A stretch of 64,000 bases of DNA from assembly GCA_035650475.1 (NCBI GenBank), contig DASRHP010000013.1, forward strand, positions 21,755-85,754, written 5' to 3'. Source of the DNA: Candidatus Binataceae bacterium (lineage in GTDB: Bacteria; Desulfobacterota; Binatia; Binatales; Binataceae). The notes beneath the pieces are model-generated. The model saw only the letters and a list, made by a program, of their open reading frames with translations, was not told where the DNA came from and made no database searches. This document shows, one piece after another, positions 11,410 to 22,034 of the stretch. Positions within the stretch are counted from its first letter, which is position 1; every line of letters begins with the position of its first letter. The position numbers and the translations under genes were made by a program.

Positions 11410-14382
11410 GTGATGGCGCGAAAGCGGATCAAAACTCTTGCCCACGAGTGGGGCGTATCGGTTGAAGACGTCCTGGCCAGCGTCGAGCGTCTGCGCCTGG
11501 GACACAGCCACTCCGAGTCGAGCCTGCTGGCGCCGGACGAGGCCGAGCGCATCAAGGCCGAGCTCGACGAGCAGGCCCAGCGCCAGAGCCTGCTCCGGCG
11601 CGAAACCGTGCTGGAGACCAGCGCGGGCAAGGTGGTCGAAAAGCGGCTGACCGCGACCGTCATGCGCCGGCGCCACGCCGAGCCCGAGCCGGGCGCCGCG
11701 CCCGCCGCCGCCCGCCCCGAAGAACCGTTCCATTTCGAACTCGAACGCGAATCCGAGGAACCGTTCGTCGCGCCGTTCCTCGAGGAGCGCGAGCCGCCGC
11801 AGCCCGAAATTCCGGCGCTGCTTGAGCGCGAGCCGGCGACGCCGGCTCAGGCCGAGACCGCCGGCGAGCAGGGCAGGCCGTCTGCCTCTGAGGTTCACCC
11901 GCCCGCTGGCGAGGCGCCCGCAGCCCCCACGCCTTCCAATGGAGGCGCTCCGCAGCCGGCCGAGCCGATGCGGGTCGAGCCGGCCATGCCTGCGCGTCCT
12001 GTCGAAGCTCAGCGCCCGGCGCCGGCGAGGGTTGAGCCTTCGCGCCCGCATCCGCCGGCAGCGCAACCCCCGCGCGCGCAGCCGTCGGCGGCGCAGCCGT
12101 CGCGTCCGCAGTATGCGGGCGCCGGAATGGGTGTACGCCGTGTCGTTGAGCCACGCCCGGTTGCCGCTGGCCCGGGGGGAGCGATCAACCTGACCGGCGC
12201 CGCACACGCGGCCGCGCCGTCGCTCGATGACGGCCAGCGCGGACCGCGCGTGCTCGGCAAGATCGAATTGCCCAAGCCCGCACCGCGCCCCTCGGCGCCG
12301 ACCAGTCGGCCTGGCGGGCCGCCGCGTCCGGGTCAGGCCGGCCGTTTCGCGCCCGCGCCGGCGGCGCCCTCGATGGAGCCGGCGATGCCGCCGAGCGAGG
12401 GCGCAGTCAAGCCGGGTGCGCGCCCGATCAAGAAAAAGCGCGTGGTGAAGAAGGGCGTGCCCGACTTCACGGCCGAGCGCGAGATGCGCGGCCTGCGCGT
12501 GCCCAAGAAGCGGCGCGCCCTGCCCGGCAAGGAACAGCGCAAGACCGAAATCACCACGCCCAAGGCGTCCAAGCGAGTCGTTCGCATCACCGAAGGGGTG
12601 ACCGTCGGCGACCTCGCCCGCAACATGGGAGTCAAGGCCGGCGAGATCATAAAGAAGCTGATGGAGTTGGGTGTGATGTCCACGCTCAACCAGGTGCTCG
12701 ACGTTGACACCGCCGCGCTGGTCGCCGGCGAATTCGGCTACAGCGTCGAGAACGTTGCTTTCGACGTCGAATCGGCGATCGAGGAAGAGGACGAGCAAGC
12801 CCCCGGTGAAGCGGTCGAGCGGCCGCCGGTGGTCACCGTCATGGGCCATGTTGACCACGGCAAGACCTCCCTGCTCGACGCGATTCGCCACGCCCGCGTG
12901 ACCGAGCAGGAGTTCGGCGGTATCACTCAGCACATCGGCGCCTACACTACCGAGAGCAACGGGCGCAAGATAACCTTCGTCGACACCCCCGGCCACGAGG
13001 CGTTTACCGCGATGCGCGCGCGCGGCGCCAAAGTGACCGACATCGTGATTCTCGTGGTGGCGGCCGACGAGGGCGTGATGCCGCAGACGATCGAGGCGCT
13101 CAACCATGCGCGCGCGGCCGGCGTCCCGATAATCGTCGCGATCAACAAGATCGACCGTCCCGAGGCCAACGTTGACCGAGTCAAGCAGCAGCTCACCGAG
13201 CAGGGGCTGATCCCGGAAGATTACGGCGGCGAAACGATCACGGTGCCGGTTTCGGCGCGCACCGGCGAGGGGCTCGACCGCCTGCTTGAGATGATCCTGT
13301 TGCAGGCCGACCTGATGGAGCTCAAGGCCAATCCGCATCGCACGGCGCGCGGCACCGTCATCGAGTCGCAGCTCGACCGCGGGCGCGGACCCGTGGCCAC
13401 CGTGCTCATCCAGGAAGGCACGCTGCATCAGGGCGACCCGTTCGTGTGCGGGATGGCTTACGGGCGCGTGCGCGCGATGCTGGATCACAACGGCCAGCGG
13501 ATCGCCGAGGCGACGCCCGCGACCCCGGTCGAGATTTTCGGCCTCTCCGAGGTGCCCGAGCCCGGCACCGCCTTCGTGGCGGTGGCCGACGAGGCCAAGG
13601 CGCGCCAGGTTGCCGAGTACCGCCGCTCCAAGCGGCGCGAGGGCGAGCTGCAAAAAACGGCGCGCGTCTCGTTGCAGGACCTCAGCGAGCGGATGAAGGC
13701 CGGCGAGGTCAAGGAACTCAAGGTCATCATCAAGGGCGACGTCCAGGGCTCGGTCGAGGCGCTCGCCGAATCGCTCGGCCGTCTGTCCACTTCCGAAGTG
13801 AAGATCGAGATCATCCACAGCTCCGCGGGCGCGATTTCGGAGACCGACGTGACCCTCGCCTCGGCTTCGGGCGCGGTTATCCTCGGCTTCAACGTGCGGC
13901 CCGAACCCAAAGCCGCCGCGCTGGCCGAGAAGGAAGGCGTTGACATCCGCCTCTACACGGTGATCTACGAGGCGATCAACGAGATGCGCGAGGCGATGGA
14001 GGGGATGCTGGCGCCGACCTACCGCGAGAAGGCCCTCGGCCGCGCCGAGGTGCGCAAGACCTTCAATGTGCCCGGCGGCACCGTGGCCGGCTCGATGGTG
14101 GTCGACGGCAAGATCACCCGCAACGCGCGTGCGCGGCTGGTGCGCGACGGGCGGGTGGTATGGGAAGGCAAGATCGCCTCGCTCAAGCGCTTCAAGGATG
14201 ACGCGCGCGAGGTCGCCGCCGGCTACGAGTGCGGTATCGGGCTGGAGAACTTCAACGACATCAAGCCCAACGACGTTATCGAAGCCTTCGAGATGGAGGC
14301 GGTCGTGCGCCGGCTCGAAACCCCGCGTCCGGAGACGGTGCGCGGCGGGCAGGCCGCGGTCGAGAAGCAGCTCCAGACCTGA
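11410..14382 (+). CDS. infB: translation initiation factor IF-2
   Basis: 990 aa. Pro/Ala-rich N-terminal region, GTPase motifs [17 protein letters not shown] and NKID, and a C-terminal beta-barrel. Confidence 0.95.
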   Translation: MMARKRIKTLAHEWGVSVEDVLASVERLRLGHSHSESSLLAPDEAERIKAELDEQAQRQSLLRRETVLETSAGKVVEKRLTATVMRRRHAEPEPGAAPAAARPEEPFHFELERESEEPFVAPFLEEREPPQPEIPALLEREPATPAQAETAGEQGRPSASEVHPPAGEAPAAPTPSNGGAPQPAEPMRVEPAMPARPVEAQRPAPARVEPSRPHPPAAQPPRAQPSAAQPSRPQYAGAGMGVRRVVEPRPVAAGPGGAINLTGAAHAAAPSLDDGQRGPRVLGKIELPKPAPRPSAPTSRPGGPPRPGQAGRFAPAPAAPSMEPAMPPSEGAVKPGARPIKKKRVVKKGVPDFTAEREMRGLRVPKKRRALPGKEQRKTEITTPKASKRVVRITEGVTVGDLARNMGVKAGEIIKKLMELGVMSTLNQVLDVDTAALVAGEFGYSVENVAFDVESAIEEEDEQAPGEAVERPPVVTVMGHVDHGKTSLLDAIRHARVTEQEFGGITQHIGAYTTESNGRKITFVDTPGHEAFTAMRARGAKVTDIVILVVAADEGVMPQTIEALNHARAAGVPIIVAINKIDRPEANVDRVKQQLTEQGLIPEDYGGETITVPVSARTGEGLDRLLEMILLQADLMELKANPHRTARGTVIESQLDRGRGPVATVLIQEGTLHQGDPFVCGMAYGRVRAMLDHNGQRIAEATPATPVEIFGLSEVPEPGTAFVAVADEAKARQVAEYRRSKRREGELQKTARVSLQDLSERMKAGEVKELKVIIKGDVQGSVEALAESLGRLSTSEVKIEIIHSSAGAISETDVTLASASGAVILGFNVRPEPKAAALAEKEGVDIRLYTVIYEAINEMREAMEGMLAPTYREKALGRAEVRKTFNVPGGTVAGSMVVDGKITRNARARLVRDGRVVWEGKIASLKRFKDDAREVAAGYECGIGLENFNDIKPNDVIEAFEMEAVVRRLETPRPETVRGGQAAVEKQLQT

Positions 14383-14505
14383 GCGCGCGCCGCGGGCGCG
14401 GGCCGGCCATGCGAAGCGCCGCCATTGCGCGGCGGCGCGGCACAGCTAGGACGCTCATCCGAATGCCTTCCGCATCCTGGTCCGCGAGGGGAGGGGAGGA
14501 CGACG

Positions 14506-14793
14506 ATGGTAGTAGGCATCCTGCAGCTCACCCTGTTCCTGCCGGAGAACCACTCGCTCAAGGGCAAGCGCCAGGTCCTGCGCGCGATCAAGGATCGCGT
14601 GCGCTCGAAGTTCAACGTTTCCATCGCCGAGGCCGATGGTCACGATCTCTGGCAGCGCGCCGAGTTGGGAATCTGCCAGGTCGGAACCGACCGCGCCTTC
14701 GTCGACGGCGCCCTGCGTGCGGTGGTCAACTACATCGATTCGCTCGGGCTTGCCCCGCTCGGCGAGGAGCATCTCGAAATAATCAACTGCTGA
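14506..14793 (+). CDS. DUF503 (YlxP-like) protein
   Basis: ATG after GAGGGGAGGA. MVVGILQLTLFLPENHSLKGKRQV ... NVSIAEADGHDLWQRAELG matches DUF503 found downstream of infB. Confidence 0.75.
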   Translation: MVVGILQLTLFLPENHSLKGKRQVLRAIKDRVRSKFNVSIAEADGHDLWQRAELGICQVGTDRAFVDGALRAVVNYIDSLGLAPLGEEHLEIINC

Positions 14794-14854
14794 CGGTGCG
14801 CGCGGCAGGGATGCGAGCTTGTTCCGCATCGGCGCCGCGCTAACATGGAACACG

Positions 14855-15205
14855 ATGGCTGCGGAAGCACGGCGTCCCGAGCGCGTGGGCGAGCTGGTGT
14901 TGCGTGAACTTTCGCGGATGCTGCTGCGCGATCTCAAGGACCCGCGTCTGCGCGGCGTCACGCTCACCGGCGTCAGGATGGCCGACGACTTGCGCCACGG
15001 ACGGGTTTTCTTCTCCCACCTCGAGGGGAGCGCGCGTGCCGCGGCCGCAGTTGCGGGATTCAAGAGCGCAAGCGGATTCATCCGCCGCGAGATCGGCCAT
15101 GCACTTGGGTTGCGCTACACGCCGGAGCTCGATTTTGAGTTCGATCCCGGACCCGAGCGCGCCGCGCGCATCGACGCGCTGCTGCGCGCGAGCCGACGGG
15201 CGTAG
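14855..15205 (+). CDS. rbfA: ribosome-binding factor A
   Basis: RVGELVLRELSRMLL ... DPRLRGVTLTGVRMADDLRHGRVFF ... GLRYTPELDFEFD is the RbfA pattern. Confidence 0.85.
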   Translation: MAAEARRPERVGELVLRELSRMLLRDLKDPRLRGVTLTGVRMADDLRHGRVFFSHLEGSARAAAAVAGFKSASGFIRREIGHALGLRYTPELDFEFDPGPERAARIDALLRASRRA

Positions 15206-15274
15206 CACGCGCCGGACGATTGACCCGGCTGCGATCGCGCGCAATCGAGCCTCATACCGGAGGGGCGTCCCCCT

Positions 15275-15907
15275 ATGCACCGCTCCAAGACCTTTCGCAA
15301 AAACTGTTTCAGAGCAATCGTGGCGGCGGTTCTGATGGCGCTGACGGTCGCGGCCGCGCAGCGCGCGTGGGCACATTGCGACACGCTCAGCGGCCCAGTG
15401 GTTACGGCGGCGCGCCGCGCGCTCCAGATTGGCGACGTCAATTATGTCCTGATCTGGGTCCAAGCCAGGGACGAGGCCGAGGTTCGCCATGCGTTTGAAC
15501 AAACAATGGCGGTGCGCAGGCTTGGTCCTACAGCCCGGGATCTCGCAGACGAGTATTTCTTCGAGACGGTTGTGCGTCTGCATCGCGCCGGCGAGGGCGC
15601 ACCCTACGTCGGTCTCAAGACTACGGAGGATGTCGGCCCGGCGATTCCGGCGGCGGACCGCGCGATCGCCGAGGGCGCCTCGATCGCCCGATTGAACAAG
15701 CTTCTGAGCGACGCGATGCAGGCCGGGCTGCGCAAGCACTTCGAAGACGTGATGGAGAAGCGTCAGTACCAGCCCGACGACCTCGCCGCCGGGCGCCGCT
15801 ACGTCCGCGCCTACGTCGAGTACGTCCATTATGTCGAACGGCTGTATGAGGCGGCCATGAGCCCCGCGCATGGCCACTACGCCGAGCCGCTGGCAGCGAA
15901 AGATTAG
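15275..15907 (+). CDS. secreted hypothetical protein (mature N-terminus HCDT...)
   Basis: Signal peptide, predicted cleavage AWA|HCD. 210 aa with no recognised family. Lies between rbfA and truB. Confidence 0.5.
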   Translation: MHRSKTFRKNCFRAIVAAVLMALTVAAAQRAWAHCDTLSGPVVTAARRALQIGDVNYVLIWVQARDEAEVRHAFEQTMAVRRLGPTARDLADEYFFETVVRLHRAGEGAPYVGLKTTEDVGPAIPAADRAIAEGASIARLNKLLSDAMQAGLRKHFEDVMEKRQYQPDDLAAGRRYVRAYVEYVHYVERLYEAAMSPAHGHYAEPLAAKD

Positions 15908-15968
15908 CGCTCGCGGTCCAGCGCGCTTAATCCACGCGCGGATATCGGCTATCGTCGCTCTTTCCTCT

Positions 15969-16853
15969 ATGGACGGAGTGCTGCTCGTTGATAAGCCGGC
16001 GGGGATTGGCTCCGCCGAGGTGGTGCGCAAGATAAAGGCGCATCTGCGTCCGGCACGCGTTGGTCATCTCGGCACCCTCGATCCGTTTGCGACCGGGCTA
16101 TTGCCCATCCTGGTTGGCGAGGCGACCAAGCTTGCGCCCTTCCTCCAGGACGCCGAGAAGGAATACGCGGGCGTAATCCGACTTGGCGTCGAAACTGACA
16201 CGCTCGATCCTACCGGCGGGGTGGTGCGCGACGCCGAAATTCCCGTTCTTGATCCGGCGCCCCTGGCCGAGGTCACGGCGCGCTTCACCGGGAAAATCGT
16301 GCAGCAGCCGCCCGTCTTTTCGGCGATCAAACGCGCCGGAGTGCCGCTGTACAAGCTGGCGCGCCGCGGAGTCAAGGTTGAGCCGCCGCCGCCGCGCGAA
16401 GTTGAGATTTCGCGCCTGGAGATCGCGCCGCTTGCCCCCGCTGCGCTGCGCTTCGTGGCGGTGTGTTCGACCGGCACCTACATGCGCGCGCTCGCCCGCG
16501 ACGTCGGGCTCGCGCTCGGCACCGTCGCGCATCTGGCGGAGCTGCGCCGGATTCGCAGCGGCTGCTTGGGCCTCGAGCGCGCGCGTCCGCTCGACGAGGT
16601 TCTTGCCGCGCTCGCCGAGGGGCGCGGTTCGGAGTTGCTGATCGGGCTCAGCGAGGCGCTCGCGACGATGCCGGAGGCGCAGGCGGGGCCGGTCGAGGAG
16701 CGGATGCTGCGCAACGGCGATTCACGCGCGCTGGACGGGCTGGCGCCCGCCGGCACCCGCCTGTTCAAGGTGGTAAGCCGCGGCCGGCTGATCGCGGTGG
16801 CCGAGGCGACTTCGCGGGTCACCGCCCGCGTCCTGCGTGTGTTCGCGCAGTGA
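15969..16853 (+). CDS. truB: tRNA pseudouridine(55) synthase TruB
   Basis: MDGVLLVDKPAGIGSAEVV ... VGHLGTLDPFATGLLPILVGEATKL is the TruB catalytic core (Asp in GTLDP). Confidence 0.9.
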   Translation: MDGVLLVDKPAGIGSAEVVRKIKAHLRPARVGHLGTLDPFATGLLPILVGEATKLAPFLQDAEKEYAGVIRLGVETDTLDPTGGVVRDAEIPVLDPAPLAEVTARFTGKIVQQPPVFSAIKRAGVPLYKLARRGVKVEPPPPREVEISRLEIAPLAPAALRFVAVCSTGTYMRALARDVGLALGTVAHLAELRRIRSGCLGLERARPLDEVLAALAEGRGSELLIGLSEALATMPEAQAGPVEERMLRNGDSRALDGLAPAGTRLFKVVSRGRLIAVAEATSRVTARVLRVFAQ

Positions 16854-16898
16854 TCGGCGCCGGGCGGGGCGGCGCGCGCCGCACCCGGAATGCAGGCT

Positions 16899-18035
16899 TC
16901 AGTTGATGCCTTCGCGCACCGGTTGGACCGGCTCGCCGTCGCGCGCCGACTGTCCGACGTTGACCGCGACCAGGTCGCCGATCACCACCCCGCGCGTGAC
17001 CTGCACGTTGATCCCGTCGTCGTAGCCGAGCGTGACCGGCGCCAGGTGCAGCCGGTTGGCGCGCACCACCGGCACGTAGGGCTTGCCGTCGCGAAAGATC
17101 AGCGCGTCGTCGGGCACTATCGGCACGCGCGTCGTTATCCCGACCTGGAACTGCACCCGCGCATACATCCCCGGGTACAGCGCCAGATCCTCGTTGGGCA
17201 GATCGACCTCGACCAGCATCGTGCGCGTAGCCGGGTCGAGCGCGTCGGGATGGCGGGTCACGGAGCCGTCGAAGACGCGCTCGGGATAGTCGGTCACGCT
17301 GACCGTGGCCGGGTCGCCGTCCTTGATGAACGGCGCGACGCTCTGCGGCACGTGGGCGTAAACGCGCACCGGGCGCAGCGTCGCCATCGCGATCAGCGGC
17401 ATCTCGGCGGTGGTCCCGCCGGTGGCCTGCGGAATCAGCTTGCCCGGATCGGCGTAGCGCGCGGTGACCACGCCGGAGAAGGGCGCGCGGATGGTCTCGT
17501 AGGCCTGGGTCGCGGCGAGCTGCTCGTAGGTCGCCTTGGCCTGCAGCATCGCGGTGTGCGAGTCGTCGGCGGTCTGTTCCGCGATAACGCTCTGGCGCGC
17601 GAGGGTCTGGTTGCGGCGGTCGGTGATCGCGGCGAGGTTGTAAGCGGCGCGCGCGTTGGCCACCTGCTGGTCGAGTTCGGGCGAAGCCAGCAGGGCGATT
17701 ACCTGGCCGCGCTTGACGCGGTCGCCCTTGTCAACCCGAATTTCTTCGAGATAGCCGGGAATCTTCGCATACACCGGGGTTTCGATGTAGCCGTGGATCT
17801 CGCCCGGCAGATCGAGCGAGCGCGAGCGCGGCGCGGGTCCGACCTCGCGCACCAGCACGCGCTGGCCGCGTGCGACTTCCGCCTCGCGCTCCGAGGCCGC
17901 GCGCTGAAGCCACAGGCTGCGCGCCGCGACCAATCCGGCGGTGCCAGCCACCGCCACGATCACCGCGACCACCCATCCGAGGTAAAACCTCCGGCCGGGC
18001 TTGCGCGGCGCGTAATTCCTTGGGTCGTCGTCCAT
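16899..18035 (-). CDS. efflux RND transporter periplasmic adaptor (membrane fusion protein)
   Basis: ATG at 18035, 20 nt after the stop of the upstream permease. TM anchor, then HlyD/MFP barrel-sandwich, lipoyl and beta-barrel motifs. Confidence 0.8.
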   Translation of the reverse strand: MDDDPRNYAPRKPGRRFYLGWVVAVIVAVAGTAGLVAARSLWLQRAASEREAEVARGQRVLVREVGPAPRSRSLDLPGEIHGYIETPVYAKIPGYLEEIRVDKGDRVKRGQVIALLASPELDQQVANARAAYNLAAITDRRNQTLARQSVIAEQTADDSHTAMLQAKATYEQLAATQAYETIRAPFSGVVTARYADPGKLIPQATGGTTAEMPLIAMATLRPVRVYAHVPQSVAPFIKDGDPATVSVTDYPERVFDGSVTRHPDALDPATRTMLVEVDLPNEDLALYPGMYARVQFQVGITTRVPIVPDDALIFRDGKPYVPVVRANRLHLAPVTLGYDDGINVQVTRGVVIGDLVAVNVGQSARDGEPVQPVREGIN

Positions 18036-18055
18036 CTCCGTCGCCAGATCTGTCC

Positions 18056-21000
18056 CTATGCGCCGGGCACGATCGCCTCGACCTCGGCGTCGCGTTGATG
18101 CTTGCCGATGACGTGGCCGCTGAGCAGCGAGTAGGCCGCCGGCACCGCGAACAGGGTCATGAACGTGGCGACCAGCAGCCCGCCGATCACGGCCAGGCCG
18201 AGCGGCGCGTTGATGCTGCCGCCCAGCGCCATCGGCAACATCCCGAGCACCATCGCCAGCGCCGTCATTATCACCGGGCGCAGACGCGTGCGCGCGCCCT
18301 CGATCGCCGCCGCCGTGGGGCTGTAGCCCTGCTCGCGCAGATCGTTGGCGAAGATGATGAGCAGGTTGCCGTTGGCGACGCCCACGCCGACCGCCATAAT
18401 CGCGCCCATCAGCGATTCCACGTTGATCGTCGTGTGGGTCAGCGCGAGCATCCACAGCACGCCCGCCAGCGCGCCAGGCACCGCGAGCAGGATGATGAAC
18501 GGTTCCGCCCACGACTGGAAGTTGGTCACCATCAGCAGGTACACGAGGATGACCGCGAGGATGAGCCCCTGTCCGAGACTCGCGAACGACTCGCGCATCG
18601 CCTGGCTCTGGCCGCGGATGACGATCTTCACGCCGGACGGCGGCTTACCCAGCGCATCGATCGCGCGCTGCACCGCCGCCGATGCGCTGCCGAGGTCGCG
18701 CCCCGATACCGAGCAGTTGACGTCGATGACGCGCTGGACGGTGTAGTGGTTGATGACCGCCGGCTCGACTTCCTGCGTGATGGTGGCGAGGTTGCCGAGA
18801 AATTGCGGTGGCGTCTGGGCGCCGGCGCCGTCCAGACGCCCCGGATTGAGCGGCGTCGCGGCCAGCGCCTGAACCGAGTTGATCATGTGCTGCGGAGTTT
18901 GCGCCAGCACGCTGTAGTTGACACCGTTTTCCGGATTCAGCCAGAAGTTCGGCGCGAGCAGCGTGTTCGAGCTGAGCGACGTCAGCAGGCTGGAGGCGAC
19001 CTGCTGCTGGGTCACGCCGAGCTCGAGCGCCTTGGCCCGATCGACCTTGACCCGCAGGGTCGGGTAGTCGAGGTGCTCGGCAATTCGCAGATCGAGCAAG
19101 CCCGGAATTTTGGCCATCCGCGCGCGCAGCCGGCGCGCCACGGCGTAGTCTTCCTCCAGGTTGTTGCCCGAGATCTGTGCGTCGATCGGCGCCGAGAGCC
19201 CGAAGTTCAGCACCTGGCTGATGATGTCGGCGGCCTGGAAGTAAACGTCAACGCCGGGAAAGCCGCGCGCCAGCACGGCGCGGATTTTGCGCTGGTACTC
19301 GCGGGTCGAATGATGGTCGGGCGTCAGCGAGATCAGGATGTCGGCGTCCTGCGGGCCGGTCGAGTCGCTTTGGTAGTAGGAGAGGTTGTAGTAGGTCGGC
19401 AGCCCGATGTTGTCGCTTATCGAGTCGAGTTCGGAAGCTGGAATCACAGTGCGAATCGCGCGCTCGATGCGATCGACGATGAGCTCGGTATGTTCGATGC
19501 GGGTGCCGGTCGGCGCGCGCACGTGCAGCCGCATCAGGCCGGCGTCAACGTCCGGGAAGAAGTCCTCGCCCACCACCAGCACCAGCGCGACCGAGGCGAG
19601 CACGATCGCGGCCACGCATCCGAGCGCGAAGCCGCGGCACGCCACGAACGCGCCGAGCGCCGCGCGGTAGCGCTCGCGGAAGTGTTCGAAGCCGGCCTCG
19701 AAGGCGGCCAGGAAGCGCCCGAGCAGGCTGCGCGGCGTCGTGTGCTCGTAATGCTCGGGCAGCAGGTAGCGCGCCATCATCGGCACCAGCGTGCGCGAGA
19801 GCAGGTACGAGGTCAGCATCGCGTACACCACCGCCAGCGCCAGCGGCGTGAACAAAAAGCGCGCCACGCCGTAGAGCAGCACCACCGGGAAGAACACGAT
19901 GCAGATCGCAAGCGTGCCGACCAGCGCCGGCGCCGCGATCTCGGCGGAGCCGTCGAGGATCGCCGCCAGCAGCGGCTTGGGCATCGCGTGGTGGCGATGG
20001 ATGTTCTCGACCGCCACGGTCGCGTCGTCCACCAGCATCCCGACCGCCAGCGCGAGTCCGCCCAGCGTCATCGTGTTGATGGTTTGTCCGGAAAGCTTGA
20101 GCGCGACTATCGCGGTCAGAATCGACAGCGGGATCGAGACGATCACCATCACCATCGAGCGCCCCGACCCCAGGAAAATGAGCACCATCAGGGCGACCAG
20201 CCCGGCCGCAATCGCGGCCTCGCGCACGACCTCCCATAGCGCGTCGCGCACGAACTTCGACTGGTCGAACGTCAGCTTGAGCTTGAGCCCGTTGGGCGCG
20301 GTGGCAAGGATCTCCGGCAGCTTGGCCTTGACCGCGCTGACCACCGCGAGCGTCGATGCTGCCGCATGCTTGACGATCGCCAGGTAGGTCGCGCGCTTGC
20401 CGTTGACCCGCACGATATTGGTCTGCACCTGGTGCGAGTAGCTCACCGGCGCGACGTCGCCGAGCAGCACCGGCGTGCCTGCGGCGACCTTGACCGGCAG
20501 ATCGTTGAATTCGGCCGGGTGGTCGGGCGTGCCGTTGAGCTCGACGTTGTACTCGCGGTTGCCGATCTTCACCGTGCCGCCGGGGATAGTGACGCTCGAT
20601 TGGTTGACTGCCGTGCTCACGTCGGCGGGCGAGAGGTTCTGGGCGTAAAGCGCCTCGGGATGCAGGTTGACCATCATCGCGCGGCTCACCCCGCCGAACG
20701 GCGCCGGCGAAGAGAGCCCCTCGATGGTGAAGAGCTTGACCCGGATGAAGTTGAGCCCATAGTCGAACAGCGCCTGCTCCGAGAGGGTGTCGCTGTAGAC
20801 GTCGAGTTGCGCCACCGGCACGTTGGCGGCATTGTAGTCGATGATGTCGGGGGCGACGGTGCCCGGCGGCATGATGTGCAGGATGCCCTCGCTCTCGGAG
20901 CTTATCTGCGCGATTGCTGCGGCGACGTCCTGGTCGGGATGAAAGTAAACGCGCAGCATCCCGATCCCATCCATCGCGGTCGATTCGATGTGCTCGATGC

Positions 21001-21229
21001 CGTTGACCTCGGTGGAGAAGGCGCGCTCGCTGATCCAGACCATCCGCCGCTCCATCATCAGCGCCGACAGCCCGGGGTAGTTCCAGATGACCTCGACCAC
21101 TGGGAGGTTGATGACCGGAAAGATGTCGGCGTTCATGCGGGTGAAGGCGAGCACACCCAGCACCAGCATCAGCAGCGCCATCACCGCGATCGAATGCGGC
21201 CGGCGTAGCGCGAAGCGGACGATCCACAT
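18056..21229 (-). CDS. efflux RND transporter permease (AcrB/HAE-type)
   Basis: 1057 aa. 12-TM architecture with two large periplasmic loops. N-terminus MWIVRFALRRP ... is typical of RND permeases. Confidence 0.88.
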   Translation of the reverse strand: MWIVRFALRRPHSIAVMALLMLVLGVLAFTRMNADIFPVINLPVVEVIWNYPGLSALMMERRMVWISERAFSTEVNGIEHIESTAMDGIGMLRVYFHPDQDVAAAIAQISSESEGILHIMPPGTVAPDIIDYNAANVPVAQLDVYSDTLSEQALFDYGLNFIRVKLFTIEGLSSPAPFGGVSRAMMVNLHPEALYAQNLSPADVSTAVNQSSVTIPGGTVKIGNREYNVELNGTPDHPAEFNDLPVKVAAGTPVLLGDVAPVSYSHQVQTNIVRVNGKRATYLAIVKHAAASTLAVVSAVKAKLPEILATAPNGLKLKLTFDQSKFVRDALWEVVREAAIAAGLVALMVLIFLGSGRSMVMVIVSIPLSILTAIVALKLSGQTINTMTLGGLALAVGMLVDDATVAVENIHRHHAMPKPLLAAILDGSAEIAAPALVGTLAICIVFFPVVLLYGVARFLFTPLALAVVYAMLTSYLLSRTLVPMMARYLLPEHYEHTTPRSLLGRFLAAFEAGFEHFRERYRAALGAFVACRGFALGCVAAIVLASVALVLVVGEDFFPDVDAGLMRLHVRAPTGTRIEHTELIVDRIERAIRTVIPASELDSISDNIGLPTYYNLSYYQSDSTGPQDADILISLTPDHHSTREYQRKIRAVLARGFPGVDVYFQAADIISQVLNFGLSAPIDAQISGNNLEEDYAVARRLRARMAKIPGLLDLRIAEHLDYPTLRVKVDRAKALELGVTQQQVASSLLTSLSSNTLLAPNFWLNPENGVNYSVLAQTPQHMINSVQALAATPLNPGRLDGAGAQTPPQFLGNLATITQEVEPAVINHYTVQRVIDVNCSVSGRDLGSASAAVQRAIDALGKPPSGVKIVIRGQSQAMRESFASLGQGLILAVILVYLLMVTNFQSWAEPFIILLAVPGALAGVLWMLALTHTTINVESLMGAIMAVGVGVANGNLLIIFANDLREQGYSPTAAAIEGARTRLRPVIMTALAMVLGMLPMALGGSINAPLGLAVIGGLLVATFMTLFAVPAAYSLLSGHVIGKHQRDAEVEAIVPGA

Positions 21230-21376
21230 AGCGGCAGGCGGCGGGCGCGGGGCGGCGGCTCAGCCCGCGCGGCCTTCGGAAGCGTTCAGATACGACATTG
21301 TTCGTGAGAATAGGGCACGCCGCCGCAGGCTGGCAAGCACCGCCTCCGGCGATGGCGCGCCCGCCGTCGACGCGGC

Positions 21377-21382
21377 TACAAT
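21377..21382 (+). promoter_or_regulatory. candidate -10 box (TACAAT) upstream of tRNA-Asp
   Basis: TACAAT lies 67 nt before the tRNA 5' end. No convincing -35. Confidence 0.2.
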
Positions 21383-21448
21383 AGAACCTTCGCCGGCGGG
21401 GCTTGGTTGCTCCGGGAGCGTGAAAATGTCAAAAAAGATGGTTCGGGC

Positions 21449-21526
21449 GGGGTCGTAGTTCAGCCCGGTTAGAACGCCGGCCTGTCACGTCGGAAGTCGT
21501 GGGTTCAAATCCCATCGGCCCCGCCA
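21449..21526 (+). tRNA. tRNA-Asp (anticodon GTC)
   Basis: Cloverleaf by manual folding: acceptor GGGGTCG/CGGCCCC, anticodon loop CTGTCAC, T-loop TTCAAAT, encoded CCA. Confidence 0.85.
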
Positions 21527-21572
21527 ATCGTTTGGGCGCCGCGCAGCGCGCGCCGCGCCGGGAGTTGACGAG

Positions 21573-22019
21573 TTGAAGCTGACCGAACAGACCAGGAGCG
21601 TGTCGCGCGAGAGCGCGCTGCGCGCGCGGCGCTGGGTGCTGATCGACGCGAGCGAGCGCCCGTTGGGCCGCGTCGCCGCGCGCGCGGCCAGCGTGCTGCG
21701 CGGCAAGCATCGCCCCGACTTCACCCCCAACCAGGACGCCGGCGACTTCGTCGTCATCATCAATGCGTCCAAGGTCAAGTTGACCGGCGACAAGGCGGAG
21801 GGCAAGCTCTACCATCGCCATACCGAGTATCCGGGCGGAGTGCGTACGACCACTGCCGGGCGTTTGCTGGAGACCCGGCCGGAGCGGCTGCTTGAGATGG
21901 CGGTGCGCGGGATGTTGCCCAAGAACCGGCTGGGGCGGCGGCTATTCACCAAGCTGAAGATCTACCGCGGCGCGGACCACCCGCACGCCGCGCAACAGCC
22001 CCAGCAGCTCAAGTTGTAG
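21573..22019 (+). CDS. rplM: 50S ribosomal protein L13
   Basis: TTG start. RWVLIDA ... GRVA ... KHRPDFTP ... GDFVVIINA ... GKLYHRHTEYPGG is the L13 pattern. Confidence 0.85.
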   Translation: MKLTEQTRSVSRESALRARRWVLIDASERPLGRVAARAASVLRGKHRPDFTPNQDAGDFVVIINASKVKLTGDKAEGKLYHRHTEYPGGVRTTTAGRLLETRPERLLEMAVRGMLPKNRLGRRLFTKLKIYRGADHPHAAQQPQQLKL

Positions 22020-22034
22020 GCGGGACCCGAGGAG

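Noticed and set aside
11353-13818. 821 aa minus-strand ORF
   Set aside because: Antisense to infB (unambiguous IF-2). GC-rich frame artefact.
19545-21227. 560 aa minus-strand ORF and the plus-strand ORFs 17870..20239 and 20366..21208
   Set aside because: Alternative frames or antisense of the RND permease gene. Arg/Gly/Ala-rich nonsense translations.
21230-21526. tRNA-Asp as an integration site marking the RND pair as a genomic island
   Set aside because: No direct repeat of the tRNA 3' end and no integrase in the window. GC content of the RND genes matches the flanks.
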